Source of the DNA: Ascoidea asiatica JCM 7603
Taxonomy: Eukaryota > Fungi > Ascomycota
NCBI GenBank assembly: GCA_001600695.1
Contig: BCKQ01000001.1
Span: forward strand, 1,279,949 to 1,343,948
DNA: 64,000 nucleotides
Direction of reading: 5' to 3'
Part shown: one piece after another, positions 43,801-56,064 of the stretch
Layout of the letters: each line of letters starts with the position of its first letter
Position numbering within the stretch: position 1 is the stretch's first letter
Made by a program: the position numbers and the translations under genes
The notes under the pieces: model-generated
What the model was told of the DNA's origin: nothing
Seen by the model: the letters and a program-made list of their open reading frames with translations, nothing else
The model's database searches: none

Positions 43801-44918
43801 TTGGAAATTTTTGCAATTGGAAAATTATTATTTTCATTTGAAAAATTTGAAAGGTGATTATTTAAAAAATTATTAAAATTTAAATTAAAATTTTTTTCAA
43901 TATATGATTTTGAATAAAAATTTTGATATAAATAAGAAGATAAATGAATTAAAATTAAATTATTTTTATTAATTTTTGATTTAAAATAATTAAATGATAA
44001 AGATTTATTTAATTTTAAAATTATTTTAAAATATAAATTATAAGAAATTAATAACCAATTATTTGCTTCAAAATTTGAATGAATTGGTAAAGATAATAAA
44101 TCATTATTATAAAAATCTTCAAAGATATTTAAAATCTTAACCAATTCTTGATTATTTTCATTTTCATTTTCATTTTCATTATTTTCAGTTTCAGTTTCAT
44201 TATTGATATTATTTTTAATTTTAGATTGATATAAATGATATAAAGAAGAAGTTAAAATTGAAACTTTTTTTAAAATTAAATATTGATAATAATTATAATA
44301 AATATTTGAATTATTATTAATATTTGTATTTGAAGTTTGAATATTATTTAATAATTTATTTAAATTTAAAAAGTTTTTTAAATTTTTTAAATTATTTGAA
44401 TTGATTAAATTTATTGAATCATTAAAATCTGAATTTAAATAATATAAATAAGATAAAGATAAATTTATTGAAATTAATTCAATTTTTTTAATTGGTAAAT
44501 TATCATCATCAATAAATTTTGAATTTCTTGAAATATTATTAAAATTTATTAAATTTTTAATTTTTTTAATTAAATTATTAATTGATTTATTATTTGAATT
44601 TAATGGATTTAATAATAAATGAATTAAATTTTCTTGAATAATTTGATTTTCTTGGTTATTTTGTTTTAATAAAATTGAATTTATATCATAATCTATTAAG
44701 AATATTTGATGTAAATAAGATATAGAATAATTTAAATTTTGAGAAGGTAAATTTATTGGCCAACCGCCATAATATCTCATAAGTATTAAATCATCATCAT
44801 TTATATTATTTATATTATTATTGATATTTGAATTATTTGTAATGATTGAATTTTTTTTTTCATTATTTATATTATCAGAATTTTGATTATTTTGATTTTT
44901 ATATTGATAATTTGACAT
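40839..44918 (-). CDS. YPP1: TPR scaffold of the Stt4 PI 4-kinase complex (Ypp1/TTC7)
   Basis: GWNLLIILIAS, KYDILQIYITEI, LLQQIFL..SITEAE and C-terminal LWFCLSEIY..LWKSVEIEE..IRD pattern of Ypp1. Confidence 0.78.
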   Translation of the reverse strand: MSNYQYKNQNNQNSDNINNEKKNSIITNNSNINNNINNINDDDLILMRYYGGWPINLPSQNLNYSISYLHQIFLIDYDINSILLKQNNQENQIIQENLIHLLLNPLNSNNKSINNLIKKIKNLINFNNISRNSKFIDDDNLPIKKIELISINLSLSYLYYLNSDFNDSINLINSNNLKNLKNFLNLNKLLNNIQTSNTNINNNSNIYYNYYQYLILKKVSILTSSLYHLYQSKIKNNINNETETENNENENENENNQELVKILNIFEDFYNNDLLSLPIHSNFEANNWLLISYNLYFKIILKLNKSLSFNYFKSKINKNNLILIHLSSYLYQNFYSKSYIEKNFNLNFNNFLNNHLSNFSNENNNFPIAKISNQFNYKIENLLNLLTNIYKFDYFKKFNQYYLKDFNILENFDVFNIILSKDELNNNLLIKNLNYIPLFNSSTLINLINNYLSKTFQSSKLLNNLIFLKIYTFSNQNDNNKNNNNYNNIIELISIFKTYDFYIQKNLLVDRKSQLNSNNTNINNNDSSDVLEELDDQENQIGDINDINDPIGNNKKDLDLLSYIEIYSTFLIYLSENISPTSLSHIYNNFNSNSEINNEDSNKFHSLLTNDLFELIDKCQVFLRENLLEVQNSINITIINPIDENDNDILSLILNGKSNEKIVTPQNINNTLSNGYYAIAKSEIFKIKYMPNLITENNSIIYKDNLTSFNGNSTNINSSFKSSCVIYKRLNKILKTDFTNALILNNFNSIPMYFDYCLISAKLFQYNNSINLLKQILLKNKWLFKGWNLLIILIASIESRSSLKTSDDETSYLILTSNYGEFDSNSTQTLQILQKTKDLIEYYLDSKSKLLDLFTKNNMDIIDDILISNEVKYDILQIYITEIFAGERFQGLQKSFERTPELFHLYNNFFNDGKNELMPDFTKKQKSLLKNSIDINGHSISPINNNKSIKNDEQNGSSISPNSSERRKFLSLSMMMKGTSSHRLSSKRKSSADDLEMNSLTKSITKVTLKPKNAIGSLRRARSRHFSSTKSSESSNLEPLPQLSSNGLSVYKKNISDSSDPITISNYNSVFEKVLLQQIFLIVSVFYLKMGHFHESENSITEAENFFQSNSSTRSCFGYLLLNLNDNELASILSVNCLESLSSKKEILNNIQNRKKIIMKEFENILENDEKYFDAVIGLAQVILGDNDDLISLKLNNTEGFNFSRNQDDGFDFESGGLACVSSQESHYGKNNDIDGIYDSDNDDSDFEDDKDTISTSIEYNNSKSISKNFSNLKTEILSYNKLFLSEEDKLIALTRVKCLLENFINDYYYYNNNKLWFCLSEIYKKINDFTYLQNALWKSVEIEENYLIRDLKFFEEIM

Positions 44919-45923
44919 ATTGAAATACTAATTTAGAGTGATGTTTTATGTTTATATTGACTGAATTATTGTAACTTTTGATATGGTAATTAATTAAGGC
45001 TCTATTTGAAAAAAGATGGAAATCTTAATAAAATAAAAAGAAATGAATCTGATATATATATATTTGAAATTAAAAAATTTTCAGTAATAAATCTTTGAGA
45101 TTTAAAAGAAGTTCAAAGAAAGTGATAATTTATGAGTAATCGAATACCTTTTATAAAAGTAAATAAGCTGAAAATTTTTAAAAAGTAGATAAACTAAAGG
45201 AATAAAAACGAAAGAAGAAGAATATTAGTATATTATTATTTGATTATTTGATTATTTGATAATTTGAATGAATAATCGATTGAAATCAAAATTAGATGAT
45301 ATGAAATGAATTAAAATTTGCTTAGATGTATTGAATTGAAATGAATTGAATAAAAGATAGTGAAAAAACAATGAAAAACAATGAAAAACAATGAAAATCA
45401 GTAAATAAAAGGTTAAAACAATAAAATAATGCTCGTTCAGACTGCAATCTGAGTTTTAAAACTGAGTTTTTCTACGCAGTTGGCGTTTGTTTGGACCAGG
45501 TTTAAAAAGGAGGATGTAAACAAACTGCGAGCACACCACACCTGGCCAGAGCTAACAGTGAGGAAGGGGTCACGGGACCAGGATGAAAAATGTGGGTCGG
45601 GGTGCTAAGAGGTGTGTAGAGGTACACCCACAGAAGTGGGTTTAAAAAGAAGTACCGCAAGTTCGGTCTCAAAAGGAATGCCACAAATATGGTCTTGCCT
45701 CTAGAAAACCCATGATTATGGTCTCGTTTAAATTTTTGGAAATGGAGTCCATGTTTATGGTACTACTCTGCTACCGCCTAATAATAACATTAATAACTTA
45801 CAAATAGTATAACAATAAAAAATATATAACAAACATTACAAGAATTACAAATAAAATAATAAAATAATAGAAAAATAATACAATAATACAACACAAAAAA
45901 AAAAACAGAGTCTCAATATTATT

Positions 45924-48900
45924 TTAAAAATAACTAACATAAAGACATCTACCATCTAAAAATTGTCCATTTAATCCTTTAACTGCACCTTGAGCTTGTT
46001 CATTAGAATTATATTCAATAAAAACTTGAGTTACAATACTTTCATCATACTTTGATTTGATGAAATTAATTTTATGAATTTGTCCATAATTCTTAAAAAT
46101 TTCTTTAAAATATCTTTTAATTGAAGCTACTTCAATTTCATTTTTTGGTAAAACTAAAAGATTATCAATTAAAATTCTTCTACTTTCCTCATGATAAAAA
46201 TCAATATCAATAAAATATTCTTTTAGTTTTAATCTATAATTATTTTTTTTTGTACATTTGACTTTTTCATTATTTTTTGAAAAATATAATTTTGATAAAT
46301 ATGTTTTAAATAATATTGAATCTTGTAAATTCCCAAAATGTAAAACTGGTAAAATTGAATCTTCAAATTTAAATTTAGTTACTTTAACAACATCTAAATT
46401 AAATATTTTTTTAATTGATTCTTTAATATCTGATAATTTGGTATGTGATCGAAATTGACAATTTTTTATTATTAATTTATTTGATGGTGATTCTGCTGAT
46501 TTACAATTACAATTAAAAATTCTTGGATCATTTAATAATAATGTTAATTTGACTTCTTGACTTAAAAGTGTCAAATCTTTAATTGCATTTAATATTTCTT
46601 CACTATCAACTCCTTTATCACAAACAATCATTCCACTTCCAGTAAGTTTAGATAAATGATCTTTTAGAAAAATTATTTTAAATTTACATCTTGCAGTTCC
46701 TCCTTTTAAACTTGTTTTAGTATTCTTAGCTACTAAATCTTCATATTCTTCAATCTCTTCAATATCTTCACTTCCACAACTTTCATTATCATTATCAACC
46801 TGACAAAGACCGGCTGATTCAAGTTCTTTTTGAGAATCATAAACTAAATTACTTTCACAATGTTTCAAAATAAAAGTTTTAAATAATATTATAAGAAAAA
46901 GTTCATCTAATTTTAAAATTTTATTTCTCCCAGGCTCATCATAATCTTTTTTGGAAATTAAATAATGAACCTCTCCTTTATGAAATTCATTTAAAATAAA
47001 TAACTTATTTAAATTATAATCCACTTCCATTTCTCTACTTTCTTTAGTAACTATACAATCAACTAATTCATTTATTTCATCAAAATTTTCAATATGAAAA
47101 TTAATAACTGATTTTTCATTTTTTTCCAATGAAAAAAAATATTGTCTAACTGAATAAATCGATTCTTGATTTAAATCGTTAGTTTCAAAAAAATTTGGAG
47201 TTTCTTTGATAAAATTTGATATATTTTTTAAAACTTTATCAAAATATGGTAAATTAATTTCACCTTCTGTTAAAAATTCATTTCTAGATTTTCTAATTCT
47301 ATCAATATTTGGACTACCAATTGTATCAATAATATCACCTGTTGAATTGTTATTTTCATCTTTTCCAGCTCTTATTAAAATTTTCTCTTTTATTGGATCA
47401 CAATTAGTATATGGCAGATCATTTTCTGAAGAATTAAAAAATAATTCCCAATTTTCAAAATAAAAATCAAAATTTTCATAATATATTATATCCTTTAATG
47501 CTTGATTATAAAATTTTATAGATAATGAACAATCTGGATGTGCATCATTCATCATTTTTCTATAAATTTGGTTCCAATGTATATAATTATATAATTTTTT
47601 TTTTCCTTCATATGATGCAACTAAATCTGGTGCTTTACTTTTTTTATGTGTATCAATTGTAGCTCTATATAATACTTGTAATTTTAAATAAAATCTAGCT
47701 TGCCATTTTAATCTTGAGATTCTTTCTTTTTCAACAATAATATCTTTTCCTCCTTCTTTTTCTCTAATTTTGGTATTTATTCCTCTATTTCTACTTCTAG
47801 GTTTATTAGATTTTGTTTTAGTTATACTTTTATTACTATCAGATGTATAATTAGTATTATCACTAGATATTATTGAATCATTATCTTGTGATGATAAAGA
47901 AGTTTGTTTAGGATTTGATAAAACAAATCGAAAATGATTACTTTTTTCCCCGTAATATCCTTTTGGAAATAATGGAACTGAACCTTTTATAAAATTAGAG
48001 CTTGGACTTTCAGATTTGATTGAACTAATATTACCAGTGGATAAATTAAGATTCGGTACCATTATTGGAGCTGGAATAATATTAGGTGATGTAAAGTTTG
48101 AATTTCGTCTTCTTCTTTTATTAACTTTCTCAGAAGTAGGTAAATAAAATGATCCATATAAAGCAAATTTTGGAACAGGTTTATTTACAGAAGAATTTAT
48201 AGTATCACTTAGATTTTCAGATTCTTTAGGTCTATTGAAATTTGATATAAATGGATCTTTTCTTGAATTTCTTAGTTTAATTTTTGGACTTCCATTTTTA
48301 GTAGATAACCTAGGTAATGCAACAGGACTTTCATCTACAGAAAATCCTACAGATGCTTTCGAATTATTATTAAAAGATTTATCATTAGTATTAATATTCG
48401 TTTTGATATTAGGCTGGTTAACAGATGTAATTCGAGCTAAAGGAGTATGAGGAGATAATTTTTGAATAATTTTATCGGTAGAATTTACTTGCTTGTTTTT
48501 CTTATCAAATTCTTTATATTTCTCTAAAATGTTTCTAGAATATTTCTCTAAAGATTTTTTATTGTATTTTTCTAAAGAATTTTTATTATGTTCCAATATA
48601 TTTTTTTCATACATTTTTATGGTCATATATTGAGTCGGAGGTTCAACTTCAGAATCCATAATAATATCATCGCCATCATCGGAAGGATTTCTATTATCTT
48701 TTTTATGAACTATATTTGGCTCCATTGTACTTGAAAGCTCACTTGGACTTTTACTAGAAATATCATTTGAAGTTGTATTTGAAACTTTAGTTGAAATCCT
48801 TTCTGGAATATTTTCAGTAGACAGAATTTTATCAGAAGAAGTTTCTTGATTATTTTGGCTTTGAACAGAACTTTCATGATTATTATGTGAGATAGGCTTA

Positions 48901-49707
48901 GAGATTGAATTTTCTATTTTATTACGCTCTAATTCCAATTCCAATTTATCTTCTTTATTTCTTAAAGGTTTTGAATAATTTGAATTTGAAGGAGAAGTTT
49001 TTTTTGATGATGAATCAGTTGAGTTTATCAAAGAAGGTTTCAATTGTCTTTCAAATTTTAGATCAATTGGATTTATAATTGAATTAACTTTTAAATCTGC
49101 AACATTTTTTTTAATGATTCTTTTGATATCCTTTAATGGAAATGTCATTGTATTATTAATTTTATTATTAATTTTATTTTTATTTTTATTATTACTATCA
49201 TTATTATCATTATTATTATTAGAATTGAAATTATTTTTGCTATTTTTGAAAAGAAGATCATTAATAGAATTTAAAGAATTTTGACGAAGATAATCAGATA
49301 TTGGTAAAATAATATCTTTATCTTCACTTGAATCTTTAGTTTGATTACAGTTAGAATTAAAATTTTCAGGATTTGAATTTAAATTATTGTTAGTGTTAGA
49401 GTTATATGTAGTATTCAAAAGGTCATTTGAATTTGAATTTGAATTATTATCATTGGAAGAATTTGAAAGATTTGAATTTTCATTATTAAGTTTATTTAAT
49501 TTTTTATTATTTTCATGATAAGAAATTCTTTTACGTTTTCTTGGTTCATCAATAATATTTTCAACTGATAAAAACAGTTTATCATCTAATAAATTTTTTC
49601 TTAATTTTTTTTCATTAACTATTGGTTCAGTAACATATTCATAAAATTGTTTTGTAGATTTTTTTTTATTTTTATCTTTAAATTGATCAATGTTATTAAT
49701 AATTGGC

Positions 49708-49766
<59 letters not shown>

Positions 49767-50927
49767 TTGAATTTGAAAAGGTGCTGGAGTTGGATTTAAA
49801 AGTAAATTTGTATCTTCTGGAAATTCAATTTTTGTAAAAGAAGTTAATTTACGAGTTGTACCAGTTACAGAAATTGGATATTTTCTTGGTCTACCAATTG
49901 ATTTTATTTTTTTCTTTTTAATGTTATTATTGTTACTGTTTATGATTGGAATTGTGGGTTTCTTTTCAGTAATTTGAGTTTCTTTATTTGATTCATTTTT
50001 TGACTGAGTCTTTGATTCAATATCTTTTTCAAATTCATTACTATTATTATTATTACTATCTTTATTATTATTTTTATTATTAATGTTATTATCAATTATG
50101 AATTTTGATGTTGATTTAATAATATCCTTGGCAGTATTCAAGTTCTTATTACTTGAAGTAATACTAGAAGTATTACCTAAGGTATTTTTATTATTATCAA
50201 TTTTAGTTATTGTATTTGTTTTGAAATTTATTTTAACTAAATTACCAGAATTTTTATTACTTTTGTTATTGTTATTCTTATTGTTAATGTTATTGTTGAT
50301 ATTATTATTGGGATTAATAGGAGAAGTAATTGAGAAATTTTGTAAATTTTTATTAAAATTTAAAAAAAATAAAAGTTTTTCATTATTATTAGAATTATTA
50401 ATAATATTTATAAAAATTGGATTAATTTTAATATTTAAATTATTATTGAATAAATTTTTTAATAATTTTAAAAAATTTAAATTTAAAATTGTATTTTTAA
50501 AAAAATTATTTAAATTTAAAAATGTTGAAATATTTTTTAATAAATTTTCAATTATAAAAATTGTATAATAAATGTTATTATTTTCATTATTTTCATTAAT
50601 TGATTGATTAATTATTTGATTATCATCGATTATAATTAATTGAAAGATTAATCTAATGATAAAAATTAAAGAATTTTTTTTTAATTGAATTGAATTTGAA
50701 CATAAATTTAAATTTAAATTTAAATCTTGATTTGAATCTATTATATCAAGAGCTAATAATTTTGAAAAATTTAATAAAGTAATATTTTGAGTAAAAGATC
50801 TTTTTGCAATAGTTATATCATAGTTAGATAAATTATTTTCAACATTATCTAAATTATTAATTTGAATATTATGATTGTCAGTGTTTGTATTAGAATTTAG
50901 TGTATCTTTAGATTTTTCTGAAAGCAT
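45924..50927 (-). CDS. Hypothetical 1667-aa Asn-rich protein with AT-hook and C-terminal RRM
   Basis: GRPRKYP AT-hook; FKNYGQI...VFIEY...AQGAVKGLNGQFLDGRCLYVSY RRM signature at the C-terminus. Confidence 0.8.
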
Positions 50928-52373
50928 ATTTAAAATATTAAATATTAAATATTAAATATATAATGATAAGGAGATATATATATTTTTTTTAAGAATCAAA
51001 ATTTGATAGGTTTCTATGAAAATTCTCCTTTAAACATAAATATAAAATGTATTTATATTTTATAATTCATATAATATATTTTTATATATTGCAGTGTAAT
51101 GAGTAGAAGATTTATATATGTATAGAATATAGTAAGTATTATTAAAATGATAGGGTGGGATAATTTCTAGGATAAATTTACAGAAAAAAGAGTATGAATG
51201 TGAATAGAGTGAGATAAATATGCAGTAGTGAAGTGAGTTGAGTGTATTAAAAAAATTATGAAAAAAGCCAATAATTAAAGTTACTTAATGAATTATGATA
51301 AATTTACTGTCAGAATACAGTGAAAAAATATAATTTAATAAAATATATAGAAAAAAAAAAGTATTATTTTTTCTTATGATGGATTTAAAATAATTGATAT
51401 GTTTTTTTATCTTTTTTAATTGTTTATAGATATGATTTTAAATTTTTTTTCATATATTTACAAAGTTCTTTTTTACTAACTGTAGGAATAAAACAAATCT
51501 GAGATTAGAATTGTAAAAAAAAAAGAATAAAGAAAAGTAGAATTTGAATAAGAAAATAATTTTTATAAGCAATTGAAAAAATAAATTAGATGGAAATGAA
51601 AAATGAATTGATTAATTGAAATACAAAAGAATTAAAATAAGTAAAAGATGATAAAAAGAATGAATAGAGAAACTAAATTACCTTTGTTTTTTATGTTTTT
51701 TATATTTTTTAGGATATGATCTGAAGTGGTTGGGAATTGGTGGTATATTTCTGGAACCCTCAATGGAGGTTTGGAGATTACGCGCTTTAAAACTCAGGGA
51801 AGTAAATACACGAAGAGAAACAAAGAAGAAACAGACAGGAAATAAAGAGGAAAGAAAGAGGAAATAAAGAGGAAAGAGAGAGGAAAGGGTAGCTGAGAAG
51901 TGGTCTCGTGGTGATCAGGTGAGTACAGTGGAGCCAGAAATGCGGGAGCAGTTACCGGAGTGGGCGCTTAAGAAATAAACAACCACAAAAGAGGGCAATA
52001 TACAAAAGAAGATGTAAAAAGAAGATGTAAAAAGAAGATATAGACATAGTAGATATAGACATAGATATAGAAACAGGTATAAAACAAGTAAGCGCTACAA
52101 TACAATATATCCAATCACACACAAAATCACAGAGATATAAACTAAAAGAGATTATGATAACAGTATTTTATCCATAACTCTCTTCTATTCATTGATATGT
52201 CAGAACTCCAGATTTTGGATTCCACTCTCATTTTCATACTCATTTCATGATAGCGTAAAAAAACCATTCAAATATAAAATATCATCAATACAACCTCCCT
52301 CTTAATTTTCATTTTATCTAAACTTAGATTCAAATTTAGTTTCGGTTTATTAAATATTTTTTAAGATAAGCAA

Positions 52374-53361
52374 ATGTATAATCAAAATACTATTCCAAAT
52401 TCAACAAATCCTATTGTTTCTAACATTACTGATAATCCTATCACTTCTTCTTCTACTACTACTAATACCAATAATACTATTTTCAACATCAATATCAATG
52501 ATTCGACAGGCGCTGAAACTTCTGAAATTGATAATGTTCAATCAAATAAAATAAATAATCCTTCTGATGTACCACAAAATCAATCAAATAATAATAATGA
52601 CCCAAACATCAATGAAACTTCTTCAAATCCCCCATCTTCAAATTCAAATTCAAATTCAAATTCAAACAGCCAATCATCAAAAGTTAAAAGAAAATATAGT
52701 AAAAATGGTTGTAAAGAATGTAAAAGAAGAAAAATGAAATGTGATGAATGTAAACCTGAATGTTGGCAATGTAGTAGATTAGGTAAAGTTTGTATTTATC
52801 AACCTTCAATTAAAAAGAAAAATACTCAAAATTCAATTATTTTAAATCCAAATACAAATCCTATCACAAATTCAAGTATAAATACAAATATAAGTACAAA
52901 TGCAAATGCAAGTATCAAAAATATTCCAATTAATACAATCAATACATTCAGTACTCAATTACCTCCATTATCTTCTCACATTAATCACAACATATCTGTA
53001 GATCCTCAAATTAATAATTTCAATTCAAACAGTAATAACTTAAACAGTAATAACTTGAACAATAATAACAATAATAACTATAATAACTATAATAACTATA
53101 ATGACAATAATTTAAATAATAACTTCAATGACAATCTAATAGATTATACTTCCTTACAATCGGAACAATTTGCTTTAGCAACAACTTTAAATAATATAAT
53201 ATCTTCAAATATGTCTATTTATAATCCTCATCAAAATCATCAGAATCAAACTGATTTAAATTTATCAAATTTAACAAATACAAATAACTCAAATAACTCA
53301 AATAATTCAAATAATTCAAATGATTCAGATACAATTTATAATCCTCCTTTATATATAAATA

Positions 53362-53415
<54 letters not shown>

Positions 53416-53699
53416 TCAATAATAATATCAATAGTAATATTAATATAAACAATAATCATAATCATAATCAAAATCACAATAGTAATAACAATAACAATAA
53501 CAATAACTCTCAAGTTAAAAATGAACTAGATATCGAAGATGATAATTCTTCTTTATCGGATGATTTCTTATTCAATTTTAATGGTAATGATATTGAATAT
53601 ATCTCTAAAATTAATTTAAATTATTTATCAAATAATTTTAATAATAATGTAAATTTACCAACTAATAATCAATTTAATGATATATTAAATAATCCTTTA

Positions 53700-53753
<54 letters not shown>

Positions 53754-55865
53754 CAAATAGATAATCATTTAGGTAATCAATTAAATAATAATCAGCTAAA
53801 TAATAATATGAATAATCAACTGAATAATCATTTAGATAATCGAATAAATAATCCATTAAATCCAATTTTACCTTTGAATAATCAGATTAATACTCTTAAT
53901 CCAATTAACTCTATAAACACAATCAATTCAATTAATCAAATCAACCCAATCAACCCAATCAATTCAATCAATTCAATCAATTCAATCAATCCACTCAATC
54001 CTATTAATAATATTAACATAATTAATCCAATAGATAGTCATTTAGATCACATAAATAATCAACTGAATAATCAATTAAATAAATTAACTCAATCAAATGA
54101 TATTCAAAATTATAATTTAAATACAATTGACTTTAATTCTCCAGATTCTTCACCAAATACTACTTTTCTTCAAAATAATCAATTTAATCCACGTAATAAA
54201 TTTAATTCAAATAATATAAATAATCCAAATTATAAAAACGATAAAAATAATATAAATATAAATGATGTAACACATTATTTAAACTTTCATAATAATATCA
54301 CTTTAAAACTTATTTCATTCAATGAATTTAAATTACCAAGTAATGAATCTCATAAACCATATTTTGCTTCTTTTTATTATGATTTTTCAACTTACATTTT
54401 ACCTTTCCAACCAAATTTAAATTTAAATCCAATTAGAGATATCTTATTAAATCATTCAATTAAACAGCCGTATCTTTTAGCTGCAGTTTTAGCTTCTGGT
54501 GCAAAATCTTTATTTTTAAGATCAAATTCAAAACTTCATTTAAAAGTTTATTATTATTATCTTCAAAATTGTCAAAGAATTTTTAAAAATATTTTAAATG
54601 ATAAAGATAAATTAATTAATAATTTACAACCAATGATTTTAACATCTTTATTATTAACTTCTGATAAAGCTTCTTCTAAATCTCAGGATTGGAGACAAGA
54701 TCTTTCAAAAGTTAAAAATTTATTAATAAAGTATACCAAAATTTCAAAAAACAATTCATCTTCTTTATCTTTTTGTTTTCATTGGTTTATTTATATTGAA
54801 ATTTTAGCCGGTTTAAGTAATACTAATGGTGGCTCTTTACGATCAATTGATGAATTGGACTTATTAATTTCTGATGAATTAATCTTAGGTGAAAATAATA
54901 ATTCTTTTCTTAAAAATTTTTATCTTTTAAGAAATGATAATTTTAATTTAATGTTTGGTATAAATAATGAAATGATTTTAGGTTTAAGAGATTTAATTAA
55001 GTTATTGAAATTTAAAAAAAACAATCAAGTTATAAAATATTCTTCAATTTTAGATCTTTTGGAATTTTTTAATCAACAAAAATTATATAAAGTTATTTCA
55101 AATGATGTGATATTGTGGAGGATTGATGTAAATGATTTGAGTTTAAATATAAATTCAATAAAAAAGGATAAAAAAACTTTGAAGGAATTTCTTTTAAGTT
55201 CTAAACAATTTAAATTCTATCATAAAGCTAATTGGAACTTTATTAGTGATAGAATTTCAAATGTACCCCCAGATGCACTTGGTTATATAATTGAAAATTC
55301 TGACAATATGTCTTTTTTATTAGTTTTTAGTTGGTATGATTTAGTACATCAAGCTTTTACTTTAAGTTCTATTTTAACAATTTTCACTAAAATTTTAAAT
55401 CTCAAAAAAAATAATCTTTCTGTTCAAGATTTGATAACTGAAATGATTACAAAAATTGTATTTTTTATCAAAGATGAAAATTTGTCAGATAAACTATTAA
55501 AACCTATATTACTTGAAAATGATAGTAATGAAGAAAAAAACATTGAAAGTAAAACTGAAAGTAATCAAAATAGTTCTAATAGACGCCCTTTCAAAATTGA
55601 AAATTTCACTTATGATAAATTTTATCGGCCCTTATTAATACAATGGTGTTTAATGACAATTGGATATAACTGTATTGATAAATCGCATAAAGAATTAGTA
55701 ACTAAATTTTTTGACTTTCTCATAAAAATTGGAAGTGGTAGTGCAGAGTTTGTTTTAGAAAAACTTCAAAAAACTTGGAAAAAGGATGAAGTTGTTGGAA
55801 ATCCACTCCAAAAGGAAAAGAGTGTTGGAACTAGTGAAGATGAAATTGACCTTGTAGCTTATTAA
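52374..55865 (+). CDS. LYS14: Zn(II)2Cys6 transcription factor, Lys14-like
   Basis: KRKYSKNGCKECKRRKMKCDECKPECWQCSRLGKVCIY is nearly the Lys14 cluster; Fungal_trans_2-type C-terminal domain (NPIRDILL, DNFNLMFG, SWYD, GSGSA). Confidence 0.8.
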
Positions 55866-56064
55866 CAAAAAAATTTTCTTTTTATTTTATTTTTTTAGTA
55901 TTTTTTTTTTCTGATTTTTGGTTTTATAATGGTCTTTTTTTCTTTTTTTTATATTCCTGATATTTTTTCATAAATTTTTTTAAAATTTGTTTTTTTTTTG
56001 TAATATAATATGTACATTTTGTCAAAGAATAATTCAGTAGGATATTTTTGGAAAATTTTCTCAT

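Noticed and set aside
50083-50568. Hydrophobic antisense ORFs (also 2625-2828, 19242-19536, 19742-20158, 53674-53865)
   Set aside because: They are reverse-strand or off-frame shadows of poly-Asn/Lys coding tracts.
51886-51950. TPP-riboswitch-like words (GCTGAGA ... TGATCAGG) upstream of LYS14
   Set aside because: No P5 complement (CCTG), no TAAT loop and no GCG-AGGGA end; the neighbouring genes are not thiamine related.
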